Below, piece after piece: positions 28,760-37,378 of a DNA stretch of 64,000 nucleotides. The position numbers and the translations under genes are program-made. The DNA is from Verrucomicrobiota bacterium (GTDB lineage Bacteria; Verrucomicrobiota; Verrucomicrobiia; Opitutales; Cerasicoccaceae). The stretch lies in the NCBI GenBank assembly GCA_039818205.1, contig JBCBUK010000005.1, forward strand, positions 96,001-160,000, in the 5' to 3' direction. Every line of letters starts with the position of its first letter. The stretch's first letter is position 1. Below the pieces are notes generated by a model. That model did no database searches and was not told the origin of the DNA. It saw only the letters and a list, made by a program, of their open reading frames with translations.

Positions 28760-30301
28760 CTACTGCTCTTCGGGCGGAGGCATCTCCACCCCCTCCTTAG
28801 CTTGCCGCCAGAGGTATTTTCCGAAGGCTTTCATGACGAAGTAGTGAACCACCGCTTGAGAGCATTCATAAATCCACCAGGGCAGACGGGGCGCAAAGCC
28901 GTGGATTGCCGCGATCAAACAATAGTTCTCGGGGAAAATCCGAAATTCAAAGCGGCCGGGTGGATCCACTTTGCGGGCTAATACACCGCCCGAAATGTAG
29001 AACGCGCGGCGGCGCCCACCCCCGCGACTGAAGGGCGTTGGCGTAAGCTCAAGCAACTTCAAACGCATCGTGCCGATACCGATCGTGAAGCGGATGACGT
29101 TGCCCTCATCGCGAAACACCGAAATAAGCGAACTGGATTTGTCGGTGAGCCATTGGCCATACACTTTCGCAATATAGGGCGCGTCCCAGCCTGGCGGCAA
29201 CGGCATCCGCTGAACCGACCGTACCCGGCTATCCTTTTTGATCAAACGGGAATCTCGCTTCTGGGTAAAGCTACGTGGATTGGGCAAGGGTTGCCCATGG
29301 ATGTCGACGGAGCTCAACAGCGAGTCATCAAAACTAATCGCATTGGGCTTTATCTCCTCCAACAAAGGATTGTTCTCGGCATGCAGGCTGTGGCGCAAAC
29401 TTTCCAGCAATGGGCTAACCAACTGCGACGATACGCCACTCAGCTTAGCTACCCACAGGCGCGATACCGAAAACCAGTTGATCGGCAGATCGATTACTCG
29501 TGGTGATCGATCGAGCAGCTTTGCCGTGCGCAAAATCATCGTTCGGTAGGTCATGGGCTGGTGCCCGCCGAGATCGTACGTCTTGCCCCAATACTCCGGA
29601 TGATCCAGCACAATCGAAAACGCCCGAATTGCGTCTCGGATGTCGATCGATTGCGTTTCAGAATTCGTCCATTGGGGCATCAACATGATCGGTAGCCGGC
29701 GCACGAGGTTTATCAGGATTCTAAGCGATGACCCGCCTGGACCAATGATCAACCCAGCGCGCAGAACGGTAACCGGCAGACTTCGACTCCGCAGCACATG
29801 CTCGACCTCCATGCGGCTACGCAGATGAGGAGACAGGTGATCATCATTAGGAATTAACCCGCCCAAGTAGATGATGTGCTTAACCCCGGCGGCCTCCGCC
29901 GCGCGCACAAAATTATCCGCCAAAAGCAGGTCCAGGTCTTCGAACTTCGCTTGAACCAGACGGCTCGACGGCAACATGGAATGAACCAGATAAATCGCAT
30001 AATCCGCGCCCTCCATGGCGGACTCAACTTTGGGCAACGAGTAGAGGTCGCAGAGACGCCACTCGGTGTTGTCACGCAGAACGTCCCGCTCCACAATAGC
30101 CTCAGACCGGGTCAGCGCCCGCCAGCGAAAGCGACCCGCCAGGGCGACTCGCAAACTGGCTCCAACAAACCCACTAGCCCCAGCAATGACGACCACCGGA
30201 TGCTTCCGCCCCGCTGGCAACGGCTGGGCATGCGCCTCCGGCGAGTAGTCTTGAACTACCTGGCGCGCTTGCTGTTCCTGCGCAGTTGTGGGCTCAGCCA
30301 T
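28760..30301 (-). CDS. NAD(P)-binding atypical SDR (YbjT-like) with C-terminal domain
   Basis: IAGASGFVG, AIYLVHSM, HIIYLGGL, SPHLRSR.EVE, LRAGLIIGPGGSS, L.ESL.H. Confidence 0.85.
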   Translation of the reverse strand: MAEPTTAQEQQARQVVQDYSPEAHAQPLPAGRKHPVVVIAGASGFVGASLRVALAGRFRWRALTRSEAIVERDVLRDNTEWRLCDLYSLPKVESAMEGADYAIYLVHSMLPSSRLVQAKFEDLDLLLADNFVRAAEAAGVKHIIYLGGLIPNDDHLSPHLRSRMEVEHVLRSRSLPVTVLRAGLIIGPGGSSLRILINLVRRLPIMLMPQWTNSETQSIDIRDAIRAFSIVLDHPEYWGKTYDLGGHQPMTYRTMILRTAKLLDRSPRVIDLPINWFSVSRLWVAKLSGVSSQLVSPLLESLRHSLHAENNPLLEEIKPNAISFDDSLLSSVDIHGQPLPNPRSFTQKRDSRLIKKDSRVRSVQRMPLPPGWDAPYIAKVYGQWLTDKSSSLISVFRDEGNVIRFTIGIGTMRLKLLELTPTPFSRGGGRRRAFYISGGVLARKVDPPGRFEFRIFPENYCLIAAIHGFAPRLPWWIYECSQAVVHYFVMKAFGKYLWRQAKEGVEMPPPEEQ

Positions 30302-30479
30302 ACTTCAAAGCTAATCGATCCGCGAACCGGGTCAATGCGTTAGCCACAAGTCTTTGTGCCAATATCGTGTAAATGATAATGAACGCTGATTCAGCCAATA
30401 GTTCTGCTTTTTGAAATGACTTCGTGGGAATCGCTGCTTGAATTTCGGCGCAGATCTGGCTTCATCACTCCTCCTTGCC

Positions 30480-31109
30480 ATGAAAACCATTTTAATCATC
30501 GGCGGCCTCCTGGTCGCTCTCCTCAATTTGCTGGCGATGGTGCCATCGCTCGAAAATGTCGCCCTTGCCTTGAATGCCCTGTCAATCGTTGCCGGAGCAG
30601 GAATCGCAGTGGCTGCGACAAAGTGGCCTTCGGAAACCGCTACCGCAGAGCCGGCCGAACCCGAGCCCAAGCCGGAGCCCGTGGAGGCAGCACCACCCCC
30701 CGCTGCTGTCGCCAAGGAGCCCGACCATGGTGAACTCCTCCAGCTACTGGCCCAACTTCAGGAAAAGGGACGCTTTGTCGATTTCGTGATGGACGACGTC
30801 GCGAGCTATTCCGACCAGCAAGTGGGTGCCGCGGCACGCGTCGTTCATCAAGGCTGTCAGACGGTGCTCAAAGAATCCCTGAGCATCGTGCCGGTAACCG
30901 ACAAGACCGAGAACGCCGCCATCACCCTAGAGCCCGGATATGCCGTTAGCGACTATCGTTTGGTCGGCAAGGTCCAGGGTGAGCCTCCGTACAATGGTCT
31001 TCTAGTCCACAAGGGCTGGAAGGTAACCGACTTCAAGCTGCCCAAGCTGAGCTTGACCGAAGGTGCTCCCCTCCCACCGATTGCGCCCGCGCAAGTCGAA
31101 CTCAAATAA
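30480..31109 (+). CDS. DUF2760 domain membrane protein
   Basis: Two N-terminal TMs, Pro/Glu linker, LQLL..LQ..GRFVDFVM.D...YSD.QVGAAARVVH.GC, G.PPY.G.LVHKGW, IAPA.VEL. ATG 30480. Confidence 0.85.
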   Translation: MKTILIIGGLLVALLNLLAMVPSLENVALALNALSIVAGAGIAVAATKWPSETATAEPAEPEPKPEPVEAAPPPAAVAKEPDHGELLQLLAQLQEKGRFVDFVMDDVASYSDQQVGAAARVVHQGCQTVLKESLSIVPVTDKTENAAITLEPGYAVSDYRLVGKVQGEPPYNGLLVHKGWKVTDFKLPKLSLTEGAPLPPIAPAQVELK

Positions 31110-31161
31110 ATCGATCTCAGTTGCCCGTATCTCCCGCGAAACCCCGCAACCCATTCTTGCC

Positions 31162-33003
31162 ATGGATTCGCTAAAATATTGCCTGGGTATTGACCTTGGA
31201 ACCAGCAACTCGGCCCTCACGCTTGCCTCAGTTGAGGATCGTGAGCTGACCGTGCTTCCCATCAAACAAGCCTTCGGGCCAAACAGCGTCGGCGAGCAGT
31301 CCGGCTTACCATCCGCGCTTTACCTTCCCGCCGAAAACGAGTTCGAAGCTGGGGCTTTCGAAACGCCGGGAGTCGATCCCGCCCAACCAGGCTTTGTTGG
31401 ACGGTTTGCTCGCGACCATGGAGCCCAGTCCCCCGACCGCCTAGTAAGCTCCGCCAAGAGCTGGCTGTGCCACGGGCAAGTCGATCACCGGCAAGCAATT
31501 CTGCCCTGGGGCTCAACCGTAATTCCGACCGAAGAAAAGCTTTCGCCGTTGGCAGCAACCCAACGTTATTTGGAAGTACTCAAAGCAAGCTTTGCATCAC
31601 AGAGCCAACTTGAGGGAGCAAACAGTGAGAACACGCAGGTCGTCTTAACGGTACCAGCTTCCTTTGATGAAGTCGCTCGACATTTGACCCTGGAAGCCGC
31701 CCAAGCCGTTGGCATGGGAGAGGTCATATTGATGGAGGAACCACAGGCGGCGTTCTATGCTTGGCTGGATAAAATGGGCGGCAATTGGCGCGAACACGTT
31801 TCGCCTGGCGACATCATTCTCGTTTGCGATGTGGGCGGCGGTACGTCAGATTTCTCGTTGATCGTGGTTTCGGACGATGGCGGCAATCTGCAACTGGAAC
31901 GGGTCAGCGTTGGCGAGCACATCTTGCTCGGTGGCGACAATCTCGACCTTGCCTTGGCCTATGCCCTACGTGCGCAGATGGAAGCCGAAGGTTCATCAAT
32001 TGACGACTGGCAGTTCTTGGCACTGGTCCATGCTGCGCGATCTGGCAAAGAACAACTCTTTGCGAACCCCGAACTATCCGAGGTCGCGGTATCAGTTCCC
32101 TCGCGTGGCTCATCGCTTTTTGCTGGCAGCGTCAGCACCAATCTGAATCGCGCCCTGCTCGAACAGATTGCCCTCGAGGGATTTCTCCCGCTCACCGCGC
32201 CAACGGATATGCCGCAAGAGCAAGTGGCTGGCGGTCTGCGGGAGTTTGGTTTGAGTTATGCCGCAGACCCCGTATTGAGTAAGCACCTCGCGCGCTTCTT
32301 GAAGCGCAGTCTCGAAAACGTTCGCTCAAGTGAGTCGCTGAAGGAGCAACTTCTGCCTGCCGCGCTCGAGGGTGAGTTGCTCTCACCAACCGCCGTATTG
32401 TTCAACGGCGGATTCTTCAACGCCGAACCGGCCCGCCAACGCGTATTGCAACTTTTGCGCTCATGGTCCAATGAGCAAGAGATCCGCGAGCTCTCGGGCA
32501 GCGACTATGCATTGGCAGTTGCCCAGGGAGCCTGCAATTATGGTCTCGCAAAGTTAACCGGCAAGGGCGTTCGCATCAAGGCCGGTGCATCACGCAGCTA
32601 CTACCTTGGTCTCGAAACCACAATGATGGCGATCCCGGGCTTCAAGCCACCCGTGAAGGGTATCTGCGTTGTCCCGCAGGGTATGGAAGAAGGAACTGAA
32701 GCCGTTCTCGATGGACAGGAGTTTGGCCTCATCCTGGGGCAGGACGTTCACTTTCGCTTTTTCAGTTCCACCTCGCGCGCTGGCGACCAAGTTGGAACAA
32801 CATTGCCCAACGCAGAATCCGAACTCGAGGAAACCAGCGCGATCGAGACACGTTTGGACCCACTGGAAAACATGGTCGCGGGCGAGGCAATTCCTGTCAA
32901 GCTGCACAGCCGCGTGACTGAATTGGGCGCTCTCGAGCTATGGATGCAACATACTCGTTCGGAAGCCAAATGGAAATTGGAGTTCTCCGTCCGCACGGAA
33001 TGA
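31162..33003 (+). CDS. Atypical Hsp70-family protein
   Basis: GIDLGTSNS, SAKSWLCH, LTVPASFD, EEPQAAFY, DVGGGTSDFS, LLGGDNLD, LFNGG, AVAQGA; non-DnaK C-terminus ending WKLEFSVR. ATG 31162. Confidence 0.92.
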   Translation: MDSLKYCLGIDLGTSNSALTLASVEDRELTVLPIKQAFGPNSVGEQSGLPSALYLPAENEFEAGAFETPGVDPAQPGFVGRFARDHGAQSPDRLVSSAKSWLCHGQVDHRQAILPWGSTVIPTEEKLSPLAATQRYLEVLKASFASQSQLEGANSENTQVVLTVPASFDEVARHLTLEAAQAVGMGEVILMEEPQAAFYAWLDKMGGNWREHVSPGDIILVCDVGGGTSDFSLIVVSDDGGNLQLERVSVGEHILLGGDNLDLALAYALRAQMEAEGSSIDDWQFLALVHAARSGKEQLFANPELSEVAVSVPSRGSSLFAGSVSTNLNRALLEQIALEGFLPLTAPTDMPQEQVAGGLREFGLSYAADPVLSKHLARFLKRSLENVRSSESLKEQLLPAALEGELLSPTAVLFNGGFFNAEPARQRVLQLLRSWSNEQEIRELSGSDYALAVAQGACNYGLAKLTGKGVRIKAGASRSYYLGLETTMMAIPGFKPPVKGICVVPQGMEEGTEAVLDGQEFGLILGQDVHFRFFSSTSRAGDQVGTTLPNAESELEETSAIETRLDPLENMVAGEAIPVKLHSRVTELGALELWMQHTRSEAKWKLEFSVRTE

Positions 33004-33025
33004 TGCCTAATCGCAAGAGATTTTA

Positions 33026-35857
33026 ATGCCAGCACGTTATACTATCGGGATCGACCTTGGAACATCCAACTGCGCACTGTCCTATGTCGATACCACACGA
33101 GACGATCAACAAACCGAGCTCCTCGAGATTCCTCAGTATGAATCCCTGGGCAAATGGCGGGCGGATGCCGTGCTGCCCTCGTTTTGCTACTTTCTAACTG
33201 ACGACGAAGCCCGCGAGTTTTCAAACGATGAGCAAGCTGCCAGCGATTGGTCGAAGTCGAGGGTCGTCGGCTTATGGGCAAGAGAGCAAGCCTCACTTTC
33301 ACCCGAACGTGTCGCCTTCTCCGCCAAGTCTTGGCTGTGCCACCGTGGGGTCGATCGAGAAAGCAAACTACTCCCCTGGCAAAGTACGGTACTCGCCAGC
33401 GAGCGCAAGCTATCGCCTGTCGATGTCTCGGCGGCCTACCTCTCTTATCTGCGCACCGTTTGGGATCAGACAATAGGATCGGCAGACAAGCAGTCCCGGT
33501 TTGATAAGCAAAATATCGTCATCACAGCCCCAGCATCGTTTGACGCGGACGCGCAACGCTTGACCTTGCAAGCCGCCGAGCGGGCGGGCTACCCTGCCTC
33601 GACTCGACTCTTGGAAGAGCCCCAAGCAGCGTTCTATGCGTGGCTGGAGCGCCACGCTTCCCCATCGGCAATCACCCAGGCCTTCCCTCAGATCGATGAG
33701 AAGCCCATGCTCGCTTTAGTCTGCGATATTGGCGGCGGCACCTCGGACTTCAGTCTATTTGAAATCACCAAAGCCGAAGACGAAACACAACTGCCCGCCA
33801 TTCGCCGCCTTGCCGTGAGCGAGCACATTCTATTGGGGGGCGACAACCTTGACCTAGCACTCGCAAAACGCTTCGAGACTGAACTAACCAACGGGGGTAG
33901 TTTATCGACCAGTGCCTGGGCTCAACTAATCGCCCAGTGTCGCGCCCTTAAAGAACGTATTTTAGCGGATTCTGTTTCTGAGCAATCGAGCCCCTGCCAT
34001 GTATCGGTTACGGAGGCGGGTTCCAGCTTGTTCGGATCGGCCCGCAGCGCAGAGCTTCCCGCCGGCGAAATCCTGTCGCTCCTTCTCGAAGGGTTTTTCC
34101 CAGACTGTGCCAGCGACGCTTCTCCCGATGAACACCAATCGGGCATCCGAGAAATGGGTCTTCCCTACGCCCAGGATTCCGCTATCACGCGCCACCTTGC
34201 TGGATTCCTGCGTGGTCGACGGGTTGATTCAATTCTGTTCAACGGCGGCACGGTCGCCTCTCCCCTCCTCCAACAACGCCTGCAGAAACAAATCGGCCAA
34301 TGGCAAAGTAACGCGCTTCCTGCTGTGCTTGTCAACGATGAGCCTCACCTAGCGGTTGCACGCGGTGCAGCATATTACCGGATGAACGAGCGAGCTCGAT
34401 CGGGCCTAACGATTTCGGGCGGAGCCGCGCACGCTATCTATTTGGAGATCGAAGGGGCCGCGCCCAAGAAGGCGAAAGGCAAAAAGAAGCGGAAGAACAC
34501 GGAACCGGCCCGCGGCGGTGTTTGTATCCTACCGCAAGGGACAGAAATCGAGACGCCGCTTCGCCTGATTGAACCTGAGCTACAGCTATTGGTCAATCGC
34601 CCTGTCCGCTTGCAGGCATGGACCTCGCCGTCCCGGCCAGAAGACAAGGTTGGCTCAGTCGTCGATCTTAATGGAACTGATTTCCACCGTCTTCCACCAA
34701 TGCAAACCATGGCACAGCTATCGCCCAAGGCGAGCAAGCCCGCCGATGGCAAGGTCGCCGTCCACCTTCTATCGGAGGTAAACAATCTCGGGCTTTTGCA
34801 GGTTTTGTGCGAAAGCGTTCGGCGCCTGGACGGCCAACAACGCCGCTGGAGTCTTGAGTTTAATCTAAGAGAGCAGATAAGTGGGGACTCCGATACAACT
34901 GAAACCAGGCCAGAAGACAGCAACACTGGTGTCTCCAGCGAAGACCTCAAAGCGGCAGCTACATGCATCAGTCATTACTTTTCAAGGCAAAGCAACTCTC
35001 TTTCGCAAAGTAAAAACTTCAGCCTACTGAAAGAGCTGGAAACAAAACTACACTTAAAGCGTAAAGAATGGAACACAGCGCTACTTAGGCAGCTCTGGGA
35101 GCCGATTGGTGAATCCATCACCCTTCGCGACCTATCTCCCGAGCATGAGCTGGCCTGGCTGATCGCGGCAGGGTTTTCCTTGCGGCCAGGGTATGGCCAT
35201 CCACTCGATGAATTTCGGATGCAACGCCTCTGGTTCCTCCATGAGCTTGGCCTGGCGAACGCAGCCAACAAAGCGATTCTTGAGCAACTTTTCGTGCTGT
35301 GGCGGAGAACCGCCGGCGGACTCCAGGCGGACCAACAGATGGCACTCTATGAACAGTGGCAAGATCGCATATACGACCACGCAAAATCCGCACACGAGCC
35401 CTTGCGTATGGCGGGAGCGCTTGAATGGTTACCAACCGCTGAGCGCGAGCGCCTCGCGACTCATTGCGTACAAATAATCGAACAGAAGTCCGACAGATAC
35501 TGCGACCATGCGACTTGGGCACTCGGTCGCCTATTGACACGTACGCCGCTCTACGCTGGCGAAAGCGCTATCCTTGGTAGCGAAATCGTCTCCAGTGCAT
35601 TCACCGCATTGAGCTCGCTCGACTGGAGCTCCGGGCCGTTAAAATCCTGCGTGACAACCTTTGCTCTCGCCGCCCGCCGCCTCGACCACCGCGACCATGA
35701 TCTCCCAGGCGAACTTAGGGAGCGAATCTTCGACAAGCTCAAGGCTTCCAACGCAAGCCACACGCAATTGCAGAACATCCGCGAGTTTGCCCCTCTTGGG
35801 GAGAAGGACCGACAACAGTTATTTGGCGAGACACTCCCAGTCGGCCTGCATTGGTAG
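33026..35857 (+). CDS. Atypical Hsp70-family protein with long helical C-terminal extension (DUF3731-like)
   Basis: Same NBD motifs (GIDLGTSNC, TAPASFD, EEPQAAFY, DIGGGTSDFS, LLGGDNLD); extension LR.LW...HE..W...AGF.LRPGYG.PLD..R, LWRR.AGGL, WALGR..R.PLY, FGETLP.GL. Confidence 0.92.
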   Translation: MPARYTIGIDLGTSNCALSYVDTTRDDQQTELLEIPQYESLGKWRADAVLPSFCYFLTDDEAREFSNDEQAASDWSKSRVVGLWAREQASLSPERVAFSAKSWLCHRGVDRESKLLPWQSTVLASERKLSPVDVSAAYLSYLRTVWDQTIGSADKQSRFDKQNIVITAPASFDADAQRLTLQAAERAGYPASTRLLEEPQAAFYAWLERHASPSAITQAFPQIDEKPMLALVCDIGGGTSDFSLFEITKAEDETQLPAIRRLAVSEHILLGGDNLDLALAKRFETELTNGGSLSTSAWAQLIAQCRALKERILADSVSEQSSPCHVSVTEAGSSLFGSARSAELPAGEILSLLLEGFFPDCASDASPDEHQSGIREMGLPYAQDSAITRHLAGFLRGRRVDSILFNGGTVASPLLQQRLQKQIGQWQSNALPAVLVNDEPHLAVARGAAYYRMNERARSGLTISGGAAHAIYLEIEGAAPKKAKGKKKRKNTEPARGGVCILPQGTEIETPLRLIEPELQLLVNRPVRLQAWTSPSRPEDKVGSVVDLNGTDFHRLPPMQTMAQLSPKASKPADGKVAVHLLSEVNNLGLLQVLCESVRRLDGQQRRWSLEFNLREQISGDSDTTETRPEDSNTGVSSEDLKAAATCISHYFSRQSNSLSQSKNFSLLKELETKLHLKRKEWNTALLRQLWEPIGESITLRDLSPEHELAWLIAAGFSLRPGYGHPLDEFRMQRLWFLHELGLANAANKAILEQLFVLWRRTAGGLQADQQMALYEQWQDRIYDHAKSAHEPLRMAGALEWLPTAERERLATHCVQIIEQKSDRYCDHATWALGRLLTRTPLYAGESAILGSEIVSSAFTALSSLDWSSGPLKSCVTTFALAARRLDHRDHDLPGELRERIFDKLKASNASHTQLQNIREFAPLGEKDRQQLFGETLPVGLHW

Positions 35858-35858
35858 T

Positions 35859-35890
35859 AAAAAAGCCGACTCATCAGAGCCGGCTTTTCT
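35859..35890. terminator. Bidirectional Rho-independent terminator between the Hsp70 operon and the oxidase operon
   Basis: AAAAAAGCCGACTC-ATCA-GAGCCGGCTTTT, between convergent genes. Confidence 0.8.
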
Positions 35891-35912
35891 TAAAAAAATT
35901 CCAGTAAACTGA

Positions 35913-36275
35913 CTACGCAACCATTTGCACTACTGGGTCCACTGAAGCGATAGCCTCCTCGTCCACATCTTCGTAAGAGAACAGGAGCATCAGTGCAATC
36001 ATCGTCCCAGTCGCGATCACCATGCCTGTCATAAATAGCCAAAACAGCAGGATTTTGTCGTAGATCAAATGCATGAACCACAGGATAACTGCGAAAAATT
36101 TGATGACCGAGAGCACGATCAGGCCACCCATCACGAGCCATGTCGCCCAGGGCAAAAAGATGATCACAATTTCAATCCCGGTAAGCACTGCGAGGAACAT
36201 CGCGAGGTTGAAAAAGGTATGGTAGCGCGAGTTCTCGATCTTCGCGGCTTCTTTCCATGTAGTTGCGTGGCCCAT
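35913..36275 (-). CDS. ctaF: Cytochrome c oxidase subunit IV
   Basis: LAVLTGIE, LS.IKF..V.LWFMHL.YD; three TMs; last gene of the cox operon. Confidence 0.88.
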   Translation of the reverse strand: MGHATTWKEAAKIENSRYHTFFNLAMFLAVLTGIEIVIIFLPWATWLVMGGLIVLSVIKFFAVILWFMHLIYDKILLFWLFMTGMVIATGTMIALMLLFSYEDVDEEAIASVDPVVQMVA

Positions 36276-36322
36276 TGAAAATAAAGTCTAGCGGTTATGA
36301 GGCATGATTCAACCTAAAGCCG

Positions 36323-37342
36323 TCAGGCCGAAGGAATGTATTCGACGAGGTAAACGACGGTAAAAATAACAATCCAGACGATGTCCACGAAGTGCCAGTA
36401 AAGGCCGGCGATCTCGACATCAACTGCATTGATAACAGAAAAGTTTTTCGTGTAGGAGAAAACTAGCATCGAAAAGAGCCACAAAATACCGATGGCAACG
36501 TGGGTCCCGTGCGTACCAGTCATCACGTAAAACGTGGAACCAAAAACACTATTCTGCAGGCTCAATCCCGGGACTTGCTTAACCTGTTTGAACTCATCGA
36601 GCGTGAAGCCAAAATTATCGTGTTTGAAAGCCTCTCTCGGCTTCAAATAAGACTCCCCATCTTCGGCATGATGAGCCTCTGGATGGTACTCATAAACACC
36701 CGTAAAAATCATCGGCTCGCCACCGGTTTTACTCGGAAGCTTCAGCTTGTATTTGAACTCATTGGGCTTCTGAGCTGCAAATGATTCGATTTTCACGCCA
36801 TAGTGTTCATGGAGAAAACTCTCCTTAGCGGCGGCGGCGCTTGCCACGTCCTTAAAATAACGTCCATTCGCTTCGTTACCGACCACCTCTTGGCCATCTG
36901 GAGCCGTAGCCTTCCACTCATACCAGCCTTGGCCGTGAAAGAAGTGCTGAAACTCGTAAACCTGCCCACCCAGGAAGACCAAACCGAAGAGGATGACACC
37001 GAAAGTGTAATTACGAAAGCTCTGGATCGCCCCTTTGTGCATCGCCGAAACCGCGAGCGCCATCAGGAACGAGCTCATTAAGAGAATGAAGGTCGAAAAC
37101 GAGGTCAGCTCGATATCGAATGTGCCGGTTATGTTCACCGCCCCTTCCTGAGGATGCCCGAATGGATAGAGTTTGCGGTAAATCAGGTGCGTCGAAATGA
37201 GCGTGCCAAAGAACATGCAGTCCGACGCGAGAAAAAGCCACATGATCAGCTTCTTATTCTCAATACCGGTATTGGTGTTCTGGTCGGCGTGGATACGCTC
37301 CAGCAGCTTTTCGTCGAGTGGCGGATTTGCAGAGGTTGCCAT
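36323..37342 (-). CDS. ctaE: Cytochrome c oxidase subunit III (5-TM type) with a large soluble insertion
   Basis: WLFLASDCMFF, TFILLMSS, FLGGQVYEF, FGSTFY.MTG.HG.HV, GLYWHFVDIVW; about 120-aa insert. Confidence 0.92.
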   Translation of the reverse strand: MATSANPPLDEKLLERIHADQNTNTGIENKKLIMWLFLASDCMFFGTLISTHLIYRKLYPFGHPQEGAVNITGTFDIELTSFSTFILLMSSFLMALAVSAMHKGAIQSFRNYTFGVILFGLVFLGGQVYEFQHFFHGQGWYEWKATAPDGQEVVGNEANGRYFKDVASAAAAKESFLHEHYGVKIESFAAQKPNEFKYKLKLPSKTGGEPMIFTGVYEYHPEAHHAEDGESYLKPREAFKHDNFGFTLDEFKQVKQVPGLSLQNSVFGSTFYVMTGTHGTHVAIGILWLFSMLVFSYTKNFSVINAVDVEIAGLYWHFVDIVWIVIFTVVYLVEYIPSA

Positions 37343-37378
37343 GTAGAGTAGAAAATTAGCAATTAAAAGTCTTTGGCA

